Source: a virus
IMG/VR virus record: IMGVR_UViG_3300042389_001478
Span: 128,498 to 192,497 of that record
Reading direction: 5' to 3' (one strand)
DNA length: 64,000 nt
The position numbers and the translations under genes are program-made. The stretch's first letter is position 1; every line of letters starts with the position of its first letter. The notes under the pieces were generated by a model. It searched no databases and was not told where the DNA came from. It saw only the letters and a list, made by a program, of their open reading frames with translations. Shown piece after piece: positions 47,388-55,674 of this stretch.

Positions 47388-47821
47388 TTAGCACAAAGTA
47401 GTTCGCACTTTTTAATTTCTGATAAAAGTGTTTTCCAAGCTCTGTGCCAACTTTGACATAAGGTAAATTTTTTGTTCTTGGGGTTTTTATGATGAAAGGT
47501 CAAAACATCTGGGTCTTTAATCCCACAATGTTTACATTTTCCGCCTAAATAATCTATTGATTTGATCCTTTGATCATTACGTCTTTTGAATGTTCTACAC
47601 GTTGAACATACATTATTTTTTGTCCATCTAAATTCTCTTCCACATTCTGTACAGTGTTTTTTGCTATTTTTATCCCTTTGTGGCAAATGTAGTCTTTTAG
47701 TATTCTTCATACCGAAAGGAGAACACTCTAAACAATATTGTCTTTTATTTATAATCCTTTCTATTCCATCTATTACAACACGAATCTTAAACTCTTTATT
47801 GCATTTTAAACATTTTTTCAT
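47351..47821 (-). CDS. Free-standing HNH endonuclease next to the intron-containing tRNA
   Basis: Several CxxC zinc motifs; LGGKCKHCG...LTFHH...C.LLCANCH..HH. Confidence 0.85.
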   Translation of the reverse strand: MKKCLKCNKEFKIRVVIDGIERIINKRQYCLECSPFGMKNTKRLHLPQRDKNSKKHCTECGREFRWTKNNVCSTCRTFKRRNDQRIKSIDYLGGKCKHCGIKDPDVLTFHHKNPKNKKFTLCQSWHRAWKTLLSEIKKCELLCANCHMKHHRKEML

Positions 47822-47852
47822 ATCTATCTCCCATAGTATGTAGTCTAACTTA

Positions 47853-47860
47853 CATACACC
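47853..47860 (-). promoter_or_regulatory. GGTGTATG variant upstream of the tRNA-adjacent HNH gene
   Basis: Intergenic variant. Confidence 0.5.
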
Positions 47861-47899
47861 AAGATAGATATTTTGTCTGCTTTTTACACCACATTAAAG

Positions 47900-48179
47900 T
47901 GGCCCAGGTCGGACTCGAACCGACACTTGACGGATTTTCGTACCACTATAGTTTTCACTACCTTTACAGTTTGTGGTCTGGACTATCTCTTTACCATTAC
48001 TATTTCTAGTTTTAGGTATCGCCTGTTTAGTCTCTACACCTTTCTATTTCTAGACTTGGCTCGGGATTGGCATTTTAAAGCGTTCCCCGAATTTAAGCGA
48101 TTCTACTTTACAGATTTCTCCATAAGCACTCAATTTTAACGAAAAAAGTCCGCTACCTCTGCCTTTGGGTTACTGGGCC
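47900..48179 (-). tRNA. trnL: tRNA-Leu(UAA), split by a group I intron, short variable loop, CCA not encoded
   Basis: Exon 1 48179-48146 plus exon 2 47938-47900 give GGCCCAG-TA-ACCCAAAGGCAGAGGT-A-GCGGA-CTTAAAA-TCCGT-CAAGT-GTCGG-TTCGAGT-CCGAC-CTGGGCC-A (73 nt). Confidence 0.93.
47939..48145 (-). mobile_element. Group I self-splicing intron (IC3-type, 207 nt, no ORF)
   Basis: Follows exon U, ends in G; P AAATTCGGGGAA, Q AATCCCGAGC, R GTGTAGAGACT, S AAGAGATAGTCC; P1 ACUU/GAGU, P3 ATCGCTT/AGGCGAT, GAAA-capped P2, P6, P8 and P9. Confidence 0.93.
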
Positions 48180-48182
48180 ATT

Positions 48183-48269
48183 TACTTCCAAGCTACATAT
48201 CATAACGATTAGTTAGATGGTTGACTATGTTGTCTCTACTAATTTTTATGAGGGATGTAGTTGGAAGCA
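48183..48269 (-). ncRNA. Long rod-like hairpin immediately 5' of tRNA-Leu
   Basis: Nested stems TGCTTCCAA/TTGGAAGTA, CTACAT/ATGTAG, TCATAA/TTATGA, ATTAGT/ACTAAT, AGA/TCT, GAC/GTC. Confidence 0.5.
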
Positions 48270-48287
48270 TTTGGTTTACACTAACAC

Positions 48288-48578
48288 TCACCCGTTAGAA
48301 TGAGCGGCCTTTAGACGGCGAACAGTCTCAGCCATAGCCTCGACATTATCCACAGTCTTAATGGGTTTGGCGCGTTCCATCTCAGGGAGATCAAGACCCT
48401 TCTTAGCCAGAGCAGCCTTTGCACGGGCATAACGAGCCTGTGTACTGGCAACCTTCTGGCCTGTCTTGGTAGCAATTTCAGCATAAGTCTTGCTGGAATA
48501 AACTGCCTCAAGGAACTGCTCATCACTGCAACGAACACGACTCTGCTTCTCAGTAGTAGTAACTTCAGCCATAATCAA
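48288..48578 (-). CDS. Small basic HTH-like DNA-binding protein
   Basis: TYAEIATKTGQK helix pattern; GGAGG SD; consensus promoter upstream. Confidence 0.6.
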   Translation of the reverse strand: MIMAEVTTTEKQSRVRCSDEQFLEAVYSSKTYAEIATKTGQKVASTQARYARAKAALAKKGLDLPEMERAKPIKTVDNVEAMAETVRRLKAAHSNG

Positions 48579-48605
48579 CCTCCAAATTCTTAACCAATCT
48601 TACAA

Positions 48606-48639
48606 GCGAGGCTCAGTCGAACGACTGATCTTACCTCGC
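48606..48639 (-). promoter_or_regulatory. Leader hairpin between the promoter and the gene at 48578
   Basis: GCGAGG...TCAGTCG-TT-CGACTGA-G-CCTCGC. Confidence 0.5.
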
Positions 48640-49248
48640 GTTGTTCCTTCGATTATACAACAGTCTATCGTCAATGTCAACGGGCGACCTTGAAATTTTT
48701 TTCGTTCTCGCCAGAAATTGCTGTTGAACTTCTTTAAAACTCCAAGGAGTACCAAACTGTACCCCATCTCTTTTATTATCCACGCCTACATCAAGCGTGA
48801 GACTGCCAGAAGCAACGTCCTCACGATGAAGTCTGCCATGAACATGACCATACAGCATCCAACTTTTCCTATAACTACCAGACCAACTTCTCATAGGATA
48901 ATGGCACATAAATATCTTTTGATTGATATATAGAATCATTTTTTGATCAGATACACTAGAGAATCCACTAGTGAATTTAGTTGGTTCATCATGATTGCCA
49001 AGAATAATATGAACATTTTTACAAACTATTCTTTCTCTATAAGATAGAGCAGTTCCGCCTTTATGGCAGAAATCTCCTATAATGTAAAGAATATCGTTTT
49101 GTCCAACTGTTTCGTTTATAGAAGAAATAATCTTAGCATCCATCTCTCCACCAGTAGAAAATGGGCGATTACAATATCCTATAATATTCCTGTGTCCAAG
49201 ATGAAGATCAGCAGTAAAAAATACTTTCTGACCAACTATCTTATCCAT
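48631..49248 (-). CDS. Calcineurin-like metallophosphoesterase
   Basis: DLHLGH, IIGDF, LGNHD, CHYP, YGHVH. Confidence 0.9.
   Translation of the reverse strand: MDKIVGQKVFFTADLHLGHRNIIGYCNRPFSTGGEMDAKIISSINETVGQNDILYIIGDFCHKGGTALSYRERIVCKNVHIILGNHDEPTKFTSGFSSVSDQKMILYINQKIFMCHYPMRSWSGSYRKSWMLYGHVHGRLHREDVASGSLTLDVGVDNKRDGVQFGTPWSFKEVQQQFLARTKKISRSPVDIDDRLLYNRRNNAR
48652..48680 (-). promoter_or_regulatory. sigma70-type promoter
   Basis: TTGACA-N17(CGATAG...TG)-TATAAT. Confidence 0.9.
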
Positions 49249-49252
49249 TAAA

Positions 49253-49438
49253 TTAATCCTCTGTTGGGAGAACCAGTGCCATTATTAAATATACCCAGAA
49301 AAGAATACTGCCAGTGAAAATTGCACCAGCGACGAATCCTAGTCTTACCACAGAAATATCCAGACCTATACTTTCTGCTATTCCTCCACAAACACCCAAG
49401 AAAACTCTATTCTTATTACTCTTGTGAAGTTGACTCAT
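49253..49438 (-). CDS. pspC: PspC-domain protein
   Basis: KNRVFLGVCGGIAE..G.D..VVRL...Y....LVLP. Confidence 0.88.
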   Translation of the reverse strand: MSQLHKSNKNRVFLGVCGGIAESIGLDISVVRLGFVAGAIFTGSILFWVYLIMALVLPTED

Positions 49439-49538
49439 ATGTAGACCCCTTAATAATTTGTTGAATTTGATAAGATGAATAACCAGAAATCAACATTGCT
49501 TGGGAGTATCCGACTACTGGAATAAGTTCTGATATCAT
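49416..49538 (-). CDS. Putative 40-aa protein (not in the ORF track)
   Basis: ATGA overlap with the upstream stop; MISELIPVVGYSQAMLISG... Confidence 0.4.
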   Translation of the reverse strand: MISELIPVVGYSQAMLISGYSSYQIQQIIKGSTYESTSQE

Positions 49539-49819
49539 GATTTTTCCTTTGGTGAGTATAGAGTAACCTTAAGTATTATATACCCATCTCTGCCACTGTC
49601 AATATTTTGTATTAAGGATATTCTCCCCTTGCCCAAAAAAGAATCGCCAACTAATAAGAATGGCCCGCCATCTAAATTAGCAGAAGTTATTATTGAAATA
49701 TCTGATTGACAACCAAATTTTGCCCAATCACTTTCTCCCTCAATTAGATATTCATATTCACCGATTTGTGTAATTATTCTTTTGTTCTTATTATCTTTAG
49801 GCCGTAAGCACTGACTCAT
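49535..49819 (-). CDS. Hypothetical protein
   Basis: Operonic ORF. Confidence 0.55.
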   Translation of the reverse strand: MSQCLRPKDNKNKRIITQIGEYEYLIEGESDWAKFGCQSDISIITSANLDGGPFLLVGDSFLGKGRISLIQNIDSGRDGYIILKVTLYSPKEKS

Positions 49820-50012
49820 TAAAAGACTCGCTATCGAGAATGTAACCTTGATTATTTTCTGACGTTAGGTTAGCAAGAACGTCTTTTAGTCTTTGGTTTT
49901 CTATCTCAAGGGTATTCATTATTTTTTCAGCTTGGTTTAAAGCTTTTTGAAGAGACTTAACTCTATTAGCTAATTGATCGTTCATGTATTCTGTTGCTGT
50001 TCTGACAACCAT
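49797..50012 (-). CDS. Small coiled-coil protein
   Basis: Heptad pattern; SD GGAGG. Confidence 0.6.
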   Translation of the reverse strand: MVVRTATEYMNDQLANRVKSLQKALNQAEKIMNTLEIENQRLKDVLANLTSENNQGYILDSESFNESVLTA

Positions 50013-50049
50013 GATTAGCCTCCTTGATATGAGTTTGACAACCTTATAG

Positions 50050-50057
50050 TATACACC
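50050..50057 (-). promoter_or_regulatory. GGTGTATA motif
   Basis: Exact intergenic copy directly after a stop codon. Confidence 0.62.
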
Positions 50058-50336
50058 TTAGAGATTAAGTCCATCTAAGAATTTTCGCAAATCTTTCAAT
50101 TGATTTTTATCTAGCACCACCTGATCAGAGTATGGCTTTTTGTCAAACAAAACCTTGTAACAATACCTTAGTCTCTGCCATAATGACATCTTATTGCTAT
50201 AGTTTGTATAATTCTCAAATATCGCCAAATCGGCCATGTCTATTTCATGATCGTATTCAATTACTAATATTTCACTCTTACAAGAACACGGAATGAATAA
50301 TGTTTTATTTTCTTTTAGGTTTGTTACGCTTCCCAT
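50058..50336 (-). CDS. Hypothetical protein (start revised to MGSV)
   Basis: The upstream part of the track ORF is occupied by the 41-aa gene in another frame. Confidence 0.55.
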   Translation of the reverse strand: MGSVTNLKENKTLFIPCSCKSEILVIEYDHEIDMADLAIFENYTNYSNKMSLWQRLRYCYKVLFDKKPYSDQVVLDKNQLKDLRKFLDGLNL

Positions 50337-50430
50337 CTTTTTTCTTTCTAAAAATTCTTTCGTAGTTTTTGTCCCAAGTCTCTTGAGAAACCAAACTCTC
50401 TCGTCTTTTAGAACCCTTACCATTTTGCAT
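50305..50430 (-). CDS. 41-aa basic protein MQNGKGSKRRESLVSQETWDKNYERIF...
   Basis: SD GGAG, ATG at 50430, TAA at 50307-50305; GKGS.RR small phage protein pattern. Confidence 0.6.
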   Translation of the reverse strand: MQNGKGSKRRESLVSQETWDKNYERIFRKKKDGKRNKPKRK

Positions 50431-50432
50431 AA

Positions 50433-51155
50433 TTAACTCTCCAGAACATAGCTCCAGTAACGACTATCCTCTTTCTTTTGAAGATCATCCCAATAGATCG
50501 ACCTTGCTACATAAGATGGGACTTTCAATTTGCCACAGTTAACCATCCAATGTCGTTCCATCTTCTTATAGATTTCTGAACCAACCTTGCTCTTATTATA
50601 CTTCAGAGCTTCAACGTCGTAAAGCCTAAGTTGATGAATATCTCCACAGAGTACCCTTGCCTCATTAGGATGAATCATTTCAAGAGCAAAGCTAATCTTA
50701 GCCAATCCAATGCCGCTAATCTTATTCAGAATACTGTCTCGCTTCTTAACATGATACTTCTTGGTGGTCAGATAAAAATCTTTAGGATTAGCCCAAAACT
50801 TGGTGCTAAAATCCCAGATATAAGAGGTACGATTATTGTGCAGACCAACACCGCTCTTGTGCAATTTTGTCAAAAGAGTTTCTTTACTGTCCAGCCACTC
50901 GCTAAAATTCTTAATAGCATTATATCCCTTAACATTACCCTGCCAAGTTGTGTGGACACTGCAATACGCAAAGAGATAGCGACGAAAAATATCTTCGTCA
51001 GTCTTGGGGCGAATAGTTTCCCAATAGTCTTTATAAGCGACTACCTTATCCTTGGGAAAATTCTTAAAAAACTCATCAGCCTTGCTCGTACTCATCACGA
51101 CCGGCTTTTTCTCAACAACGATCTCTGTCATAGTGTCCTCAAAGGTTGGTTCCAA
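50433..51155 (-). CDS. HhH-GPD DNA glycosylase/lyase (Ogg-like)
   Basis: ISGIGLAK HhH with Lys; CGDIHQLR catalytic Asp. Confidence 0.72.
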   Translation of the reverse strand: MEPTFEDTMTEIVVEKKPVVMSTSKADEFFKNFPKDKVVAYKDYWETIRPKTDEDIFRRYLFAYCSVHTTWQGNVKGYNAIKNFSEWLDSKETLLTKLHKSGVGLHNNRTSYIWDFSTKFWANPKDFYLTTKKYHVKKRDSILNKISGIGLAKISFALEMIHPNEARVLCGDIHQLRLYDVEALKYNKSKVGSEIYKKMERHWMVNCGKLKVPSYVARSIYWDDLQKKEDSRYWSYVLES

Positions 51156-51168
51156 AGTGTATGCTGTG

Positions 51169-51197
51169 ATTCTACACTAGAGCTATCGTCTTGTCAA
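51169..51197 (-). promoter_or_regulatory. sigma70-type promoter
   Basis: TTGACA-N17(CGATAG)-TAGAAT. Confidence 0.88.
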
Positions 51198-51224
51198 GAC
51201 CTGTTTCTTTAATTTTTACCACGC

Positions 51225-51914
51225 TCAGGGGTAAGAATCTTTTTTATTATAACCACACTGTTTTTCTATATTCCAATATATATTTTTATTGACATGTTCT
51301 AGATCGTTTTGTGATATTGAATAATTGTTAGGTGGATTTATTTCAAGCAATCTTGCGGTTTCTGGAAATCTTGGTCGCATTTTCATGTCAAACATATTAC
51401 TAATATAGTTATAATAATACATCTGATCCGATATAAAATCTTCATATCTGATAAAAACATAGTTATGTACAAGAATTGGTAAAATATATAGTAGATATAG
51501 CGTTTTTAAATATCTTAATTCGTATATGTCTTTATATCTTACATTATCCCAGTAACACCTATCTATTAATATTTCTTTTTCATTAGAGTCTACAGAAAAC
51601 CAATCTTTGAGATATAAAAAATTAGGACGTATTATTGGAGAATGATGTGGTTGTCTATTATTTGCTAGAATCCAATCATATGGATTTCTAATGATACAAA
51701 TAAATATAGTATCATGAGAGCTGGCTAACCCTCCTATATCACAAAAGCCAATAAAATGTTTGTGACCATATTCATCTGTGAAATTTGCTTCAAAATTCAA
51801 CGCTATAGCATTTTGAAGTAGTTTTGTGCCAGAGTGTCTTTCTCCATAGATTGTGAATTTTTTAATCGTAGTGACTGGATCTCTCACACAATTAATAACT
51901 CTATCATTATTCAT
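51225..51914 (-). CDS. Sulfotransferase-fold protein
   Basis: GERHSGT (5'-PSB-like), IIRNPYDW (3'-PB-like), RYEDF. Confidence 0.7.
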   Translation of the reverse strand: MNNDRVINCVRDPVTTIKKFTIYGERHSGTKLLQNAIALNFEANFTDEYGHKHFIGFCDIGGLASSHDTIFICIIRNPYDWILANNRQPHHSPIIRPNFLYLKDWFSVDSNEKEILIDRCYWDNVRYKDIYELRYLKTLYLLYILPILVHNYVFIRYEDFISDQMYYYNYISNMFDMKMRPRFPETARLLEINPPNNYSISQNDLEHVNKNIYWNIEKQCGYNKKDSYP

Positions 51915-51921
51915 GATTTAA

Positions 51922-52317
51922 CTATTTTTTTGACACTAAAGGCTCATCTATGGTATAGTAATATTCCCAAGTTTTCCATCTAACTCTGGTACTAAGGACA
52001 TTTTTTATTTCTTTGCCTTGTTTGTCTTTATATTTAACTATTGCCCAATAAAATTCTTCAGCTTTAATTACGTCTTCAATAACCGTAAATTCTTCTGGAC
52101 ACCCAACTTCAGCCCATATCCTTAACTTTCCTATTTCTCTTACATGATTCTCTATCTCCGCATTATATTTGATAGGGAAAAAGATATTATTAATTGATCT
52201 TTCAACAAGAACATATTTGTGTCCAAACCATTCTGAATTACAAATAAATCCTATAGAAAAACCTGTAAATAGAATAATCCAAGGGTATAAAAGAGATCTG
52301 ATAATAATTTTGATCAT
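51922..52317 (-). CDS. Membrane-anchored hypothetical protein
   Basis: N-terminal hydrophobic helix. Confidence 0.55.
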   Translation of the reverse strand: MIKIIIRSLLYPWIILFTGFSIGFICNSEWFGHKYVLVERSINNIFFPIKYNAEIENHVREIGKLRIWAEVGCPEEFTVIEDVIKAEEFYWAIVKYKDKQGKEIKNVLSTRVRWKTWEYYYTIDEPLVSKK

Positions 52318-52347
52318 TAAGTTGTCTCCAGTAAGGCGGGATAACTT

Positions 52348-52355
52348 TATACACC
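52348..52355 (-). promoter_or_regulatory. GGTGTATA motif
   Basis: Exact intergenic copy. Confidence 0.62.
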
Positions 52356-52369
52356 ATACTGGAAACTGG

Positions 52370-53392
52370 TCAATTGCTCTTATTTTTTACTTCCCTTACA
52401 TATTTCATTAATGGGTTTTCTTGTTTTGGTATTGTGGTCTTATGATTTTTTGTCCATACTGGCAATTTGCCAAACGGATTTACCCTTTTTCTAGGTTTCT
52501 GTTTTTGGTATTCTTGTTGGTGAAGAATCTGAACAATTTCTTCCTGTTCTATTTGTTTTTTCTTTCGATATTCTTCGTCTCTGCGTTGTCTTTTTTGTTC
52601 CTCTGTGTCATTATTTTTTCTTGATTCTTTAATGAAATATGGATGTTCAGCAATAGTTTTTTTTAGCTTATCACTTGCTTCAGGATGATTAAACAGTAAT
52701 TCTATTAGCGGTCTATGATTATCTAAATATCTCCTAATATTTTTTTTGCTTTTTCTACTGTATTTGCGAACCGTATTGGTAATAAAATCTTTCCTGTTTT
52801 CATCAGTAGCAGGAGCAAGAGTTTTGTATTGCTTATTTCTTTTACGTTTATGTGTCTTGATATAAGAATCAATATCATCTCTAAGAGATTTAATTTCGGG
52901 TTTTGGTTGTTCTTTTTGTTTTTCTATTGTTCCTTTATCTGATAAAACAACAGGCTTTTTCTTATATTTTTTCTTGCGATTATTTTTTGGCTCTAGTATT
53001 TGAGATCTACTATAACCAATATCGCTATTAAATTTTTCAGCCCAAATTTGCCATTCGTCTAAAGTATTTTTGCTATGCTCACCAAATAGTTTATTCAACA
53101 AGCCTTTCTTTTCAGAAACTCTTTTATCTTGTTCAACAAAATTATGACATGGTTCACATAACGTAATTAATTCATGCTGATCTCCTTGACCTAGCATGAT
53201 AATTTTTGTGTAATCAATATGATGAACCATTTTAGATGGAGAGCCACAAACTTGACAACATCTACCGTCTCGTTCTAAAACTAGTTGCCTTATATTCCAC
53301 CAAAGTCTAGACTTTATATATGCGTCATAACTTCTAAATCCTAGCTCTTTCCATGCTGGTGGCATAATTCTATATATCTCTTTCTTCTCCAT
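52370..53392 (-). CDS. HNH endonuclease with a long basic C-terminal region (start revised to MEKKE)
   Basis: RD..CQVCG...VHH.DY...LITLCEPCH. Confidence 0.75.
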   Translation of the reverse strand: MEKKEIYRIMPPAWKELGFRSYDAYIKSRLWWNIRQLVLERDGRCCQVCGSPSKMVHHIDYTKIIMLGQGDQHELITLCEPCHNFVEQDKRVSEKKGLLNKLFGEHSKNTLDEWQIWAEKFNSDIGYSRSQILEPKNNRKKKYKKKPVVLSDKGTIEKQKEQPKPEIKSLRDDIDSYIKTHKRKRNKQYKTLAPATDENRKDFITNTVRKYSRKSKKNIRRYLDNHRPLIELLFNHPEASDKLKKTIAEHPYFIKESRKNNDTEEQKRQRRDEEYRKKKQIEQEEIVQILHQQEYQKQKPRKRVNPFGKLPVWTKNHKTTIPKQENPLMKYVREVKNKSN

Positions 53393-54671
53393 GAAGAATC
53401 TTAAAAGTGGGGAAGCGAAGACTAAGCCCACCCTTCTCATTTTCTGTCTCTTGAAAATATTGTACAGTTATTTGCTTTCCAAGAATCTTCTTAGGATTCT
53501 TATAAAACTCCTGCCTTTGTTCAATACTAAAGCCAGACCCTACTCTTACCGTATGACCCTTATGTTGAATCATGACACAACTCAACATAGTCTCCTCACA
53601 TTCTGCACCATCCTTAACATAACGAAATGGCCCCATCTCTGTGTCCAAAACTTCGTATTCGTCATCTGAGAACGCTTTATACTTCAACAAGTCTTTGGAT
53701 CGCTTGCCTTTATATGGAGCGTCAGATCGAAGCATAAGCCCCTCCCACCCATTCTGACTAGATTCCTTAATCATTTCTTGAAAGTGGGTTTCATCCTTAA
53801 CCAAAGATTGTTCCAACAGTGTCAAGCAAGGACATTCATTCTTTCTCATAATCTCTGTAAGATTCTTGAGTCTGATACTAAATGGTCGATTCTGTTCACC
53901 CTTCTGACTATAAAACTCATCATGAGTAATCATATCGAAAATCTTATAGGAAGGATTAGGAATAGTATGATCCTTCTTGCGAAGTTCCTTCATTACTCCT
54001 TGAAAATCCTCGTTACCATCTTCATCAACCAAACAAAGCTCTCCATCAAGAACTACATTAGTAAGACCCAAAGCTTTAATACCATCGCTAACAACGTCAA
54101 GAGTATCAAAGATTTTTCCCGTGCGGGAATAGAAGGTAGTATTGCCAGTAGCATCAACAATACCAATACATCTAGCACCGTCGATCTTCCTGCTAACATA
54201 CCATCCATCCTTCCAGTCTACGATTTTAGGAACATACTTGTCCGCTAGAGCAACACTAAATGTTGGGATATGATCTGGAATAGCCTTATTAATCAGCTTA
54301 TCTCCAGCACGGGTTTTCAAATCCTTGTCAATGATGCAGTGAACGAGTTCTTCGTATTCTCTTTGGTTGTCAATAAAGCTATTAACTGCTCCAATGGCAT
54401 CATGACCTGTAATTTCTCTGTTCTTCAAAGCATCCAATAGGTCAAATATAGACTTGTATACTTTACCACGCAGATGACTTTTCTTTTTAAGATTATCACT
54501 AGTCACATTATACTGCCAAAGAGGATGATAAGTATAGAGCAGAATCTTCTTAAGAAAATTCGCACCACTGTCATTAGAGGAAGTATAATCCTCAATAATG
54601 CCAACCTTATCAAGTGTACTACTGGTTGCTTTCAGATCACGAACAAAACCATTAAGATGCTCAAACGACAT
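53370..54671 (-). CDS. lig: ATP-dependent DNA ligase (start revised to MSFEHL)
   Basis: KIDGAR, LDGEL, FDMI, EGLMLR, LLKYK, VGSGF, LRFP; SD CAGGAG. Confidence 0.95.
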   Translation of the reverse strand: MSFEHLNGFVRDLKATSSTLDKVGIIEDYTSSNDSGANFLKKILLYTYHPLWQYNVTSDNLKKKSHLRGKVYKSIFDLLDALKNREITGHDAIGAVNSFIDNQREYEELVHCIIDKDLKTRAGDKLINKAIPDHIPTFSVALADKYVPKIVDWKDGWYVSRKIDGARCIGIVDATGNTTFYSRTGKIFDTLDVVSDGIKALGLTNVVLDGELCLVDEDGNEDFQGVMKELRKKDHTIPNPSYKIFDMITHDEFYSQKGEQNRPFSIRLKNLTEIMRKNECPCLTLLEQSLVKDETHFQEMIKESSQNGWEGLMLRSDAPYKGKRSKDLLKYKAFSDDEYEVLDTEMGPFRYVKDGAECEETMLSCVMIQHKGHTVRVGSGFSIEQRQEFYKNPKKILGKQITVQYFQETENEKGGLSLRFPTFKILHGEERDI

Positions 54672-54696
54672 TTTTATTTTCTCCTGTGTTATCCCA

Positions 54697-54725
54697 ATTC
54701 TACCATGCGATAGTCCGTTTGTCAA
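54697..54725 (-). promoter_or_regulatory. sigma70-type promoter of the ligase gene
   Basis: TTGACA-N17(CTATCG)-TAGAAT. Confidence 0.88.
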
Positions 54726-54934
54726 GTATCGTCTAATCGGTTTCGTTTCTTGAATACAATTGCCATAGACTGAACCAAATCGCTACCAGAAGTCTGAAAC
54801 CAACAAGGAAAAAACGCATGAATTATCAAACAAAATCCCGCCAGTAAAGATAAACATCCAAAAAATACAGCAAATTTAAAATGCTGATAATATGTCATAT
54901 CATTTTCTATTAAATGTTTTTGAATTTTATTCAT
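54722..54934 (-). CDS. Small membrane protein
   Basis: HL.EN.MTY.QHFKFA...IHAFFP pattern. Confidence 0.6.
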   Translation of the reverse strand: MNKIQKHLIENDMTYYQHFKFAVFFGCLSLLAGFCLIIHAFFPCWFQTSGSDLVQSMAIVFKKRNRLDDT

Positions 54935-54942
54935 ATCATTTT

Positions 54943-55674
54943 CTATGCTAATGGCAAAAAGTCGTAAAAATTATATCTTAATTTTGGTTCTAAAAATATT
55001 TTTCCAGTTAATACATTTTGATTTTTAATTTGATGATCTACTATATCAGCAGCCATTTGTGATATGTTTTTATGTGAAGCTCCATGACCACTACCATGAT
55101 AGCTTTGACTTCCAGACCAAACATAAATATAGAATATATTATCTATACCCACATCTTGAGTATAGTCTCCTAGTTTAGTTTTAAGTCTGGACATTAATGA
55201 TATATCTAAAGAACAAGAATCTTCTGTTTCGTCGTATTTTACTTGTTCAAAAATACTTCTGTCAAACATATGTGTGCTATGAAATATGTTTCTAGAGAGC
55301 ACAATATCTTTTTCGTTTTTTTCATAAAAAGCATTATGAGTATGAAATATTCCGTTAATCATGTGATCATAGCTATAGGACAATCTGTTTTTAAGAAAAA
55401 CATCGTCATCTTCCCAAGTGGCTAATATATCATATTTACATAGTTCTATATTATGATTGAATTTTTTCCCTAAAGGAGTGATCCTTTCGGGATGATTGAT
55501 GATTTTTACTTCAGGATGTTCAAAAATAAGTTCTTGTTTATTAAAATCATTCAGAATTACTAATTCTTTTGGGCCTGAGTAGTCTTGCTCAAGAAAACAC
55601 TGTATGCTATTTTCTAGCAGTCTTTTCGGTCTCCCATATGTTGAGCAATAACAGGATATTCCGGGTAAACTCAT
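54943..55674 (-). CDS. GT2-family glycosyltransferase
   Basis: CSTYGRP, F..QDY, LVILND, TWEDDD. Confidence 0.82.
   Translation of the reverse strand: MSLPGISCYCSTYGRPKRLLENSIQCFLEQDYSGPKELVILNDFNKQELIFEHPEVKIINHPERITPLGKKFNHNIELCKYDILATWEDDDVFLKNRLSYSYDHMINGIFHTHNAFYEKNEKDIVLSRNIFHSTHMFDRSIFEQVKYDETEDSCSLDISLMSRLKTKLGDYTQDVGIDNIFYIYVWSGSQSYHGSGHGASHKNISQMAADIVDHQIKNQNVLTGKIFLEPKLRYNFYDFLPLA

Noticed and set aside
47873-48139. 88-aa plus-strand ORF over the tRNA intron
   Set aside because: Antisense to the tRNA exon and ribozyme core; no motifs or SD; not an intron-encoded endonuclease.
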